Shown here one piece after another: positions 45,368 to 54,115 of a DNA stretch of 64,000 nt. The translations under genes were made by a program, and so were the position numbers. Position 1 is the first letter of the stretch. Each line of letters begins with the position of its first letter. The DNA comes from Dehalococcoidia bacterium (GTDB lineage: Bacteria; Chloroflexota; Dehalococcoidia; Bin125). Location: the NCBI GenBank assembly GCA_965261225.1, contig OZ253456.1:1190099-1254098 (forward strand), in the 5' to 3' direction. The notes beneath the pieces were generated by a model that did no database searches, was not told the origin of the DNA, and saw only the letters and a program-made list of their open reading frames with translations.

Positions 45368-48300
45368 ATGTACGGGCTCTCGGCGGTCTTCAAGGTGGCC
45401 GCGGTGGTGACCAACAGCGACCCGACGTTCGCGATGTCGACGGCGGACCGCGAGGTGGCCGAGAACACGGCGGCGGGCCAGAACGTCGGCGCCGTGCTGA
45501 CCGCCAGCGACAGCGACGGCGACACGCTGACCTACACGCTCGAAGGGACCGACTCAGCCTCCTTCGTCCTCGACACGACCACGACCGCCGGCTCGGCCCA
45601 GATCCAGACCAAGACGGGCGTGAGTTACGACCACGAGGTCAAGTCCAGCTACAGCGTCGTGGTCAAGGCCGACGACGCTGGCGGCGGAACCGCCGCCAGC
45701 GTCACGGTGTCGATCGCGATCACCGACGTGGACGAGGCCCCGGAGCGGCCGGCGGCGCCGGCGGTGACCGCGACGTCGGGATCGACCACCAGCCTGTCCG
45801 TGAGCTGGACCGAGCCGGCGACCACCGGTCCCGACATCGACGACTACGACCTGCGCTACCGCGAGGGCACCAGCGGCAACTGGAGCAACGGCCCGCAGAA
45901 CGTGACCGCCACGCTTGCCAGCATCGGCAGCCTCGACGCCGGGACCTCGTACCAGGTGCAGGTACGCGCCACCAACGACGAGGGCGACAGCAACTGGTCG
46001 CCCTCGGGCAGCGGCTCAACCACTGCGGAGGCGACGCCGACGGTGAGCATCTCGGCGGACAAGACCAGCGCGGTCTTCAAGCAAGACGGGATCAGCTACA
46101 CGCTGACGCGCAGCGGCTCGACGACCGGCGCCCTGACCGTCTCGGTCACGCTGACACAGACGAAGGATTTCCTGTTGGCGACGGAGCTCACGAAGACGGT
46201 GACGATCGCCGCGGGCCAGTCGACGAAGACCTTCACGGTCGCGGCCTCGAGCTTCCAGCATTTCGCGGTGGGAACCACGGTCGAGGGCGGAACCCTGACC
46301 GCGGCGGTGCAGGATGTCCTCGGCTACGACCTGGGGACGCCGTCCTCGGTCGCTGTGTCCATCGTCATCCACTCGATGATCGGGCTCGACCAGGCGTCCT
46401 ACACCGTCGGCGAGGCAGCCGGGACCCTCACCGTCAAGCTCACTGGGCGCACCAGCCCAGGCGCGCCGCAGCCGACTTCGAACACCAGCACTGTGGAGCT
46501 GACTCCGGTTGACCAGACCACCTCGTCAGGAGATTTCGACGCTTCTTTCATTGCATATCAGTTCACGCCCTCTCACTTCAGCTTGACCGGCGGAGTGTGG
46601 AAGGCGGAGGAATCGTTAGCTATCACGATCACGAACGACGATCTCGACGAGGACGACGAAACCTTCGATCTCGAAATCGAGTATCGAGTCGGGACCCAGC
46701 ACAGCCCGCTCGTGGATGCGTCCGGCAACTCCTGCGGGTCCAAGTGCACGGTGACGGTGACGATCACCGACGACGACACGGCGGGCGTCACGGTCTCGAA
46801 GTCGTCGCTGACGGTGACCGAGCAGGACACGACCGGCGACAGTTACACGGTGGTCCTCGACAGCCAGCCGACCGCGGATGTGACGATCTCCGTCGGCGGG
46901 CAGTCGGGCACGGACGTCACTGCGGCTCCGACTCCAATGACCTTCACGACCGTGAACTGGGCGACGCCGGTGACGGTGACGGTGACGGGCGACGACGATG
47001 CGGACACGACCAACGACATTGTCTCGCTGACCCACAACGCGGCGAGCGGCGACAGCGACTACCAGGGCATCACGATCGCCGGCCTGACGGTGTCGGTCAA
47101 CGACAACGACACCGCCCAGGTGACGGGGCTGATGGTCGAACCGGGCAACGGGCAACTGGTGGTGCAGTGGACGGCGGTCACGGGCGCGACGGGCTACCAG
47201 GTGCAGTGGAAGTCGGGCGGCCAGGGCTACAACAACAGCGGCCGGCGCGCCGTCATCGGTTCGGGTTCGACCACGAGCCACACGATCCCCAGCCTGAGCA
47301 ACGGCACCGAGTACACGGTGCGGGTCAGAGCGACGCGGACCGGCGCCAACGCCGGCGCGTATTCGTCGGAGGTGTTGGAGACGCCGGTGATGCCGACGGC
47401 GGCGGGCGTCACGGTCTCGAAGTCGTCGCTGACGCTGACCGAGCAGGACACGACCGGCGACACATATACGGTGGTCCTCGACCGCCTGCCGACGGCGAGT
47501 GTGACGGTGACGGTGGGAGGCCTGGGCAGCTCGGACGTCACCGCCAACCCGTCCAGCCTGACCTTTACGACCGTGAACTGGGCGACGCCGCAGATGGTGA
47601 CGGTGACGGCCGGCAACGATGCGGACACGACGAACGACACGGTCTCGCTGAGCCACAGCGCGATGAGCAGCGACAGCGCCTACCAGGGCATCACGATCGC
47701 CGGCCTGACGGTGACGGTCAACGACAACGACACCGCGCAGGTGACGGGGCTGATGGTCGAACCGGGCAACGCGCAACTGGCGGTGGAGTGGACGGCGGTC
47801 ACGGGCGCGACGGGCTACGAGCTGCAGTGGAAGTCGGGCGTCCAGAGCTACAACACCAGCGGCCGGCAGGCCACAATCAGCTCGGGTTCGACCACGAGCC
47901 ACACGATCCCCAGCCTGACCAACGGTACCGAATACACGGTACGGGTCAGAGCGACGCGGACCGGCGCCAACGCCGGCGCGTATTCGGTGGAGGTGTTGGA
48001 GACGCCGGTGATGCCGACCGCGGCGGGCGTCACGGTCTCGAAGTCGGCGCTGACGCTGACGGAGCAGGACACGACCGGCGACACGTACACCGTGGTCCTC
48101 AATACCCTGCCGACGGCGACTGTCACGGTGACGGTGGGAGGCCTGGGCAGTTCGGATCTGACCGCCAACCCGTCCAGCCTGACCTTCACGACCGTGAACT
48201 GGGCGACGGCTCAGACGGTGACGGTGACGGCCGGCAACGATGCGGACACGACGAACGACACGGTCTCGCTGAGCCACAGCGCGATGAGCGGCGACAGCGA

Positions 48301-51300
48301 CTACCAGGGCATCACGATCGCCGGCCTGACGGTGACGGTCAACGACAACGACACCGCGCAGGTGACGGGGCTGATGGTCGAACCGGGCAACGCGCAACTG
48401 GCGGTGCAGTGGACGGCGGTCACGGGCGCGACGGGCTACGAGCTGCAGTGGAAGTCGGGCGTCCAGAGCTACAACAACAGCCGGCGCGCCGTCATTAGTT
48501 CGGGTTCGACCACGAGCCACACGATCCCCAGCCTGAGCAACGGCACCGAGTACACGGTGCGGGTCAGAGCGACGCGGACCGGCGCCAACGCCGGCGCGTA
48601 TTCGTCGGAGGCGTTGGAGACGCCGGTGATGCCGACGGCGGCGGGCGTCACGGTCTCGAAGTCGTCGCTGACGGTGACCGAGCAGGACACGACCGGCGAC
48701 ACGTACACCGTGGTCCTCGACCGCCTGCCGACGGCGACTGTCACGGTGACGGTGGGCGGCCTGGGCAGTTCGGATCTGACCGCCAACCCGTCCAGCCTGA
48801 CCTTCACGACCGTGAACTGGGCGACGGCCCAGACGGTGACGGTGACGGCCGGCGACGATGCGGACACGACCAACGACACGGTCTCGCTGAGCCACAGCGC
48901 GATGAGCACTGACGGCGACTACCAGGGCATCACGATCGCCGGCCTGACGGTGACGGTGGCAGACAACGACACCGGCAACACCCCCGCCGAGGGCAAGCCG
49001 ACCATTTCGGGTCCGGCGCAGGCGGGTCGGACGCTGACGGCCTCGACGGCCGGCATCACCGACGCCGAGGGGCTGACGACGGTCAGCTACAGCTACCAGT
49101 GGCTCGCGTCGGGGACGGCTATCGGGGGCGCCACGAGTTCCACCTACAGCGTGAGCGCGAGCGTGCAGGGCGACAAGATCTCGGTCAGGCTGACCTTCGA
49201 CGACGATGAGGACAATCCCGAGACGCTGACCAGCAACGCGACCAACAACGCGGTGGTGCCCGCTGCGGTCACCTGTCCCACGGGCACGCTCTGGTGCTCC
49301 ACGCTGACGGCGGGGTACGGCACAGCAGATATGGACGGTGAGTTCTTTCTTGGGCTGGGCGCCGGCGTCGATACGCCCCCCGAGAGTTACGGCAGCCTCG
49401 ACGACGGCGCCTTCACGCACCTCGGGGCGCCCTACACGGTCACGCAGTTCTTCGCTGACGCGGACGGCTTGGCGGCGATCTTTGCCACCAGTCCGAACCT
49501 GCCCGACGACGGCGCCGGGCTGACGCTGCAGGTCCAGCAGGTCTCGGGCCAACGCGAGATCCCGCTGAGCGGAAAAGCGTACTCCAGCATCCCCTATTTG
49601 CCAGCGACCATAAAGGCCTGGCAGCTTAGAACTGCTCTCAGGTCCAGCGTTACTGATCCCTTGACCGCCCCGCTCCTGCGCGGTTTCGATCGAGCTTACG
49701 ATCCGTACGGAAGTCAAACCGACGAGGACACCGAGGTCACGGTCTGGCTGACCTACACCAACCGCCCTGCCGAGGGCGGCCCGACGATTTCCGGCAGGGC
49801 GCAGGTAGGCGAGACGCTGACGGCCGGCATGGGCGACATCGCCGACGCCGACGGGCTGCCGACCACGTTCCCGGGCGACTACAGCTTGCAGTGGCTGCGG
49901 GTGGACGCCGACGGCGTCTCGAACGAGACGCCCATCGGCGCCGACGCCCTGACCTACACGCCGCTGGCGGTGGATCTGGGCAAGAAGCTCAGGGTGCAGG
50001 TGAGTTTCAGCGACGGCGGCGGCGGCAGCGAGACGCTGACCAGCGACGCCTACCCGTCCAGCGGCACGATCACCGACGACTCCGCGGCGGGCGTCACGGT
50101 CTCGAAGTTGGCGCTGACGGTGACGGAGGAGGACTCCTCCGGCGACACCTACACGGTGGTCCTCAATACCCAGCCGACCGCGAGTGTGACGGTGACGGTG
50201 GGAGGCCTGGGCAGCTCGGATCTGACCGCCACCCCGGCCAGCCTGACGTTTACGACCGTGAACTGGCAGACGGCCCAGACGGTGACGGTGACGGCCGGCT
50301 CCGATACGGACCTGACGGACGACACGGTCGCGCTGAGCCACAGCGCGGCGAGCAGCGACAGCGCCTACCAGGGCATCACGATCGCCGGCCTGACGGTGAC
50401 GGTGGCAGACAACGACGACCCGCCGCCGCCGCCGCCGGGGGTACGGGCCCTCGTCTCGAACCTCTACGAGACTCCCGCCTCCACCGGCACTGACTTTGAG
50501 ACGGTGGCGCAGCCCTTCACCACCGGCAACAACCCGGACGGCTACGTACTGACGAGCGTGGAGTTGCGGGCGGACGATACGACGGACGACACGCGCTTCC
50601 GCGTGCAGATCGTGACGCTCGACGGTGACGGCGAGCCGTCCGCCTTGCTGTATACGCTGAGCAACCCGGCCAGCATCGACGACGGACCCCTGACGTTCAC
50701 GGCGCCGGAGAGCGCGAACCTCGCTGCCGACACGAGCTATGCGGTCCAGGTGGTGATCAGCAGCGCCAACGGCGGCCCCAATCCCGGGGCCACGCTCGAT
50801 GTGACCCCCTCGTGGAACGAGGACCTCGCGCTGTACGGCTGGAGCATCGCCAACACCCGGTTCAAACGCTCCAGCGATACGGATCCCTGGAGCAGCAGCT
50901 TCACCCGCCTGGTCCAGCTGAGGATCAGAGGCGCGTTCTACATCGGACCCTCCAACAATGCAACGCTGGCGGCGCTGACGCTGGCCGACGCCGCGGACGA
51001 CAGCGCCATCGCGCTGAACGAGAGCGTCGCGGCGGGCACGACAGCCTATACGGCGGAGGTGGAGGACGGGGTCGAGACGATCACCATCAATGCAGAGACG
51101 GCCGACGACGGGGCAACCGTGGCGTTCCTCGACGGCAGCGGCGCGGCGCTCGCCGATGCGGACGCGACCGCGGACGGCTGGCAGGTCCAGCTGGGCGCGA
51201 GCGCGACCACCATCCAGGTGACGGTGACGGCCGAAGACGCCAGCACCCGGACCTACACCGTGACGCTGGTCGTGATCGACACCAGCGACGCGACGCTGCA

Positions 51301-53500
51301 GTCGCTCAGTCTGAGCGAGGTCGCGCTGAGTCGCACGTTCTCGCCTGACGTCACTTCGTACACGGCGAGCGTGGCGGACAGCGTCCTATCCACGACCGTG
51401 ACGGCGAACCCGGCTCAGCCCGAGGCCACGGCGGTGGTCAGGTTGGACGGCGTCGAGGACAGCGACGGCATTGTCGAGTTGGAGGAGGACACGACCTCGT
51501 TCAGCATCAGTGTCGTGGTGACCGCGCCCAACCGCACGAACACGCGGACCTACAGCGTCGCCGTCAACCGGGGCAGCGTCGCCGTCACCGGGACAACAGG
51601 CGGCGGCGGTGGCGGCGGCGGCGGCGCGCCGCCGGCGGCGGTCCCCTCCGAGGCCGACTTCGACTGGAACGTGACCCGCGACATCGAGTCGCTGGACCCC
51701 GACCACGACGCGCCGACCGACATCTGGTCGGACGGCCGGACGTTGTGGGTCCTGCAGAACGCGTCGGCGGGCGCCGACGCCGTGTTCGCCTACGAGTCGG
51801 ACAGCGGTGAGCGACAGGCGGAGCGCGAGTTCGAACTCGACCGGCGCAACCGCTTCGCGCACGGCCTCTGGTCCGACGGCGCGACCGTCTGGGTATCCGA
51901 TAGCGGTCAGGACACGCTCTTCGCCTACGAGCTCGGCAGCGGCGAGCGGCTCGAGGCGCGCGACATCGAACTGGCCGAAGACAACCGCGACCCACGCGGC
52001 GTCTGGTCGGACGGCGAGACGATCTACGTGCTCGACAGCGTCCAGGACGCGATCTTCGCCTACGACCTCGAATCGGGCGAGTTGCTGGCCGAGTACCCGC
52101 TGGACACGCTCAACCAGAGCCCGCGCGGGATCTGGTCGGACGGCGTCACGATCTGGGTCTCGGACGACGGCGCCAAGCGCATCTTCGCCTACCGGATCGA
52201 AGGCGGCGTGCTGGTCCGCTACGAGGCTGAGGAGTTCACGTTCCGCTCGCTGCTCAAGGCCGGCAACGGCGACGCGCGCGGGATCTGGTCGGACGGCGAT
52301 GTGATCTTCGTCGCGGACGAACAGGACGACAAGCTCTACAGCTACAACCTGCCCGACGCGATCAACGCGAACCTGGCGGCGCTCAGCTTGAGCGATGTCG
52401 AGATCGGCGCGTTCTCGCCGCTGCGCACCAGCTACGAGGCCGCAATCGGCGCCGCCACGCAGACCACGGTGTCGGCGCAGCCCGTGCGTGAGGACGCGAG
52501 CGTCAGCATCGTTCCGGCCGACGCGGACCCGGCGGACGGACACCAGGTCGCGTTCGCCGGTCTGGACGAGATCGCGGTCACCGTGACCTCACCCGACGGC
52601 AGCCGGACCCGTGTCTATCGCGTCAGCCTCGAACCAGGGCTAACCCCAGTCGACCAGACGCCGCCGGCGTCCGACGAGACTCCGCCGCAACCAGCGGACG
52701 CCGGCGGCGAGTCCAGCAGTGAGCCCAGCAGCGACGAGACGGCGGTTGAGGTGACCAGCGAGGTGCGGATCACGGTGCGCAATGCGCCGGACGGCCGGGT
52801 CGAGTTCGCACTACAGCAGCGCGCCGCCGATGGGAGTTGGGGCGAACGGCTGTTGCCGCGCGGCCGCTTCCTGGCGGCCGATGCGGCGCTCGGACGCTGG
52901 CTGTTCAGCACCCCGGTCGCCATCACGGTCGGCGGCGAGATCCTGGAGCTGCGGATCGGCGCCCGCCGTCTTGAGGACGGCCGGGTCGAGTTCGCACTAC
53001 AGCGCCGGACCGCGGACGGCTCCTGGAGCGGGCGGCTGCTGCCCAGCGCCCGCTATCTCCCGGCCGGGACCGAGGCCGGGCGCTGGCTGGCCAGCAGCGC
53101 CCTCGACGTCGACAGCGCCGGCAGCCTCAACGTGCGCATCGCCGCACGGCGGCTGGACGGCGGCCGGGTCGAGTTCGCCCTGCAGCAACAATCGGCGGAC
53201 GGCGCCTGGGGCGAACGCAACCTGCCCAGCGGCCGCTTCCTGCCGGTCGGAACTGAGGTCGGACGCTGGCTGGCCAGCAGCGCCGTCAACGTTGGCGAGG
53301 CCGCCGCCGGCGCAGTCGTACGCATCGCCGCACGGCGGGCGGCCGACGACCGGGTCGAGTTCGCACTGCAGCAACAATCGGCGGACGGGTCCTGGGGCGA
53401 GCGCCATCCGCCCAGCAGCCGCTTCCTGCCGGTTGAGGCCGAGATCGGACGCTGGCTGGCCAGCAGCGCCCTCGCCGTGTCGCTCGCGGACGCGCCATGA
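45368..53500 (+). CDS. Giant adhesin-like protein 2, main body (2710 aa): cadherin repeats, FN3 domains, five or more copies of an Ig-like SLTFTTVNWAT...VTVTAGxDADTTNDTVSLSH module alternating with FN3, YQW repeats, (Gly)9 linker, GIWSDG beta-propeller, cadherin-like beta-sandwich domain, four C-terminal RIAARRL...GRWLASS repeats
   Basis: The reading frame is +2 relative to the 43881 segment. The frame is open upstream of the first ATG back to about 45280, so the frameshift lies near 45290-45370, where there is a homopolymer-rich stretch (gacaaaaaccgcccc). The repeat modules are near-identical at the DNA level (47380-48960). Confidence 0.7.
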   Translation: MYGLSAVFKVAAVVTNSDPTFAMSTADREVAENTAAGQNVGAVLTASDSDGDTLTYTLEGTDSASFVLDTTTTAGSAQIQTKTGVSYDHEVKSSYSVVVKADDAGGGTAASVTVSIAITDVDEAPERPAAPAVTATSGSTTSLSVSWTEPATTGPDIDDYDLRYREGTSGNWSNGPQNVTATLASIGSLDAGTSYQVQVRATNDEGDSNWSPSGSGSTTAEATPTVSISADKTSAVFKQDGISYTLTRSGSTTGALTVSVTLTQTKDFLLATELTKTVTIAAGQSTKTFTVAASSFQHFAVGTTVEGGTLTAAVQDVLGYDLGTPSSVAVSIVIHSMIGLDQASYTVGEAAGTLTVKLTGRTSPGAPQPTSNTSTVELTPVDQTTSSGDFDASFIAYQFTPSHFSLTGGVWKAEESLAITITNDDLDEDDETFDLEIEYRVGTQHSPLVDASGNSCGSKCTVTVTITDDDTAGVTVSKSSLTVTEQDTTGDSYTVVLDSQPTADVTISVGGQSGTDVTAAPTPMTFTTVNWATPVTVTVTGDDDADTTNDIVSLTHNAASGDSDYQGITIAGLTVSVNDNDTAQVTGLMVEPGNGQLVVQWTAVTGATGYQVQWKSGGQGYNNSGRRAVIGSGSTTSHTIPSLSNGTEYTVRVRATRTGANAGAYSSEVLETPVMPTAAGVTVSKSSLTLTEQDTTGDTYTVVLDRLPTASVTVTVGGLGSSDVTANPSSLTFTTVNWATPQMVTVTAGNDADTTNDTVSLSHSAMSSDSAYQGITIAGLTVTVNDNDTAQVTGLMVEPGNAQLAVEWTAVTGATGYELQWKSGVQSYNTSGRQATISSGSTTSHTIPSLTNGTEYTVRVRATRTGANAGAYSVEVLETPVMPTAAGVTVSKSALTLTEQDTTGDTYTVVLNTLPTATVTVTVGGLGSSDLTANPSSLTFTTVNWATAQTVTVTAGNDADTTNDTVSLSHSAMSGDSDYQGITIAGLTVTVNDNDTAQVTGLMVEPGNAQLAVQWTAVTGATGYELQWKSGVQSYNNSRRAVISSGSTTSHTIPSLSNGTEYTVRVRATRTGANAGAYSSEALETPVMPTAAGVTVSKSSLTVTEQDTTGDTYTVVLDRLPTATVTVTVGGLGSSDLTANPSSLTFTTVNWATAQTVTVTAGDDADTTNDTVSLSHSAMSTDGDYQGITIAGLTVTVADNDTGNTPAEGKPTISGPAQAGRTLTASTAGITDAEGLTTVSYSYQWLASGTAIGGATSSTYSVSASVQGDKISVRLTFDDDEDNPETLTSNATNNAVVPAAVTCPTGTLWCSTLTAGYGTADMDGEFFLGLGAGVDTPPESYGSLDDGAFTHLGAPYTVTQFFADADGLAAIFATSPNLPDDGAGLTLQVQQVSGQREIPLSGKAYSSIPYLPATIKAWQLRTALRSSVTDPLTAPLLRGFDRAYDPYGSQTDEDTEVTVWLTYTNRPAEGGPTISGRAQVGETLTAGMGDIADADGLPTTFPGDYSLQWLRVDADGVSNETPIGADALTYTPLAVDLGKKLRVQVSFSDGGGGSETLTSDAYPSSGTITDDSAAGVTVSKLALTVTEEDSSGDTYTVVLNTQPTASVTVTVGGLGSSDLTATPASLTFTTVNWQTAQTVTVTAGSDTDLTDDTVALSHSAASSDSAYQGITIAGLTVTVADNDDPPPPPPGVRALVSNLYETPASTGTDFETVAQPFTTGNNPDGYVLTSVELRADDTTDDTRFRVQIVTLDGDGEPSALLYTLSNPASIDDGPLTFTAPESANLAADTSYAVQVVISSANGGPNPGATLDVTPSWNEDLALYGWSIANTRFKRSSDTDPWSSSFTRLVQLRIRGAFYIGPSNNATLAALTLADAADDSAIALNESVAAGTTAYTAEVEDGVETITINAETADDGATVAFLDGSGAALADADATADGWQVQLGASATTIQVTVTAEDASTRTYTVTLVVIDTSDATLQSLSLSEVALSRTFSPDVTSYTASVADSVLSTTVTANPAQPEATAVVRLDGVEDSDGIVELEEDTTSFSISVVVTAPNRTNTRTYSVAVNRGSVAVTGTTGGGGGGGGGAPPAAVPSEADFDWNVTRDIESLDPDHDAPTDIWSDGRTLWVLQNASAGADAVFAYESDSGERQAEREFELDRRNRFAHGLWSDGATVWVSDSGQDTLFAYELGSGERLEARDIELAEDNRDPRGVWSDGETIYVLDSVQDAIFAYDLESGELLAEYPLDTLNQSPRGIWSDGVTIWVSDDGAKRIFAYRIEGGVLVRYEAEEFTFRSLLKAGNGDARGIWSDGDVIFVADEQDDKLYSYNLPDAINANLAALSLSDVEIGAFSPLRTSYEAAIGAATQTTVSAQPVREDASVSIVPADADPADGHQVAFAGLDEIAVTVTSPDGSRTRVYRVSLEPGLTPVDQTPPASDETPPQPADAGGESSSEPSSDETAVEVTSEVRITVRNAPDGRVEFALQQRAADGSWGERLLPRGRFLAADAALGRWLFSTPVAITVGGEILELRIGARRLEDGRVEFALQRRTADGSWSGRLLPSARYLPAGTEAGRWLASSALDVDSAGSLNVRIAARRLDGGRVEFALQQQSADGAWGERNLPSGRFLPVGTEVGRWLASSAVNVGEAAAGAVVRIAARRAADDRVEFALQQQSADGSWGERHPPSSRFLPVEAEIGRWLASSALAVSLADAP

Positions 53501-53512
53501 CCTTCATCTGCA

Positions 53513-53568
53513 GGCGTTGATCAACGCTGGGCGACCGAACACCGGGCACTCCCTGCTCGGTCGCCCAG
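53513..53568 (+). terminator. Two adjacent palindromes immediately after the giant-gene stop: GCGTTGATCAACGC and a 12-bp-stem hairpin CTGGGCGACCG...CGGTCGCCCAG
   Basis: The palindromes are perfect inverted repeats at 53513-53526 and at 53527-53538 / 53557-53568. There is no U-tract, so this is a stem-loop rather than a canonical intrinsic terminator. Confidence 0.35.
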
Positions 53569-53674
53569 CTCATTCCCCTCGTGGGCGATGGCCCAGTGAT
53601 CGTCCGATAGGAGGACCCGGCTCGGCGACAGACGAAATCAGGCGGCGGGACGAGACAAGAAGGAGTCGTTCACC

Positions 53675-53911
53675 ATGGATTCTGGTCAACCCGAGCCACG
53701 CGCCCGACTCAATCCTGATGCCGTCTGGGCCCAGCTCAATCGGCGCAACCTGGCGCAGAACGAACTCGCACGCGCCGCCGGCATCACATCTGGATACCTC
53801 TCCCAGTTGATGAGCGGGACACGCTACCCATCGGCCGCGGTGAGAACGCGGCTGGCAGAGGCGCTTGGCCTGGAAGATCGCGACCTCTTCACTCTTGACC
53901 TGGATGACTAG
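53675..53911 (+). CDS. XRE-family helix-turn-helix transcriptional regulator
   Basis: The HTH is LAQNELARAAGITSGYLSQLMSGTRYPSAAVRTRLAEALGL. It is 78 aa long and divergent from the helicase-led minus-strand gene block, as a prophage or integrative-element repressor typically is. Confidence 0.7.
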   Translation: MDSGQPEPRARLNPDAVWAQLNRRNLAQNELARAAGITSGYLSQLMSGTRYPSAAVRTRLAEALGLEDRDLFTLDLDD

Positions 53912-54115
53912 CCGCCGTCCCTGGCGTCCTACCTGCTCAGGTTCACCGCTCAGGCCTGGGCATCTCGCATCTGAGCTGCCGAGCAGACTGGCGCTGGTCG
54001 CTTGCCTCGCAGGCTTTGGTCGATGGCGCGTGCGCCACGGACACGAAAAAAGCGTCCCACACATGCGACCGCGGGGAGGTCATTGCCGATGTGGCAATGA
54101 CCTCCCCGCTTGCGC

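Noticed and set aside
46597-50341. Very long alternative-frame ORFs (46597-48498 plus, 633 aa; 46616-50341 minus, 1241 aa) overlapping the 45368-53500 giant gene
   Set aside because: They are extremely Arg/Gly/Asp/His-rich and low-complexity, as expected for out-of-frame and antisense readings of a GC-rich repetitive gene. The in-frame translation has clear domain structure, and these do not.
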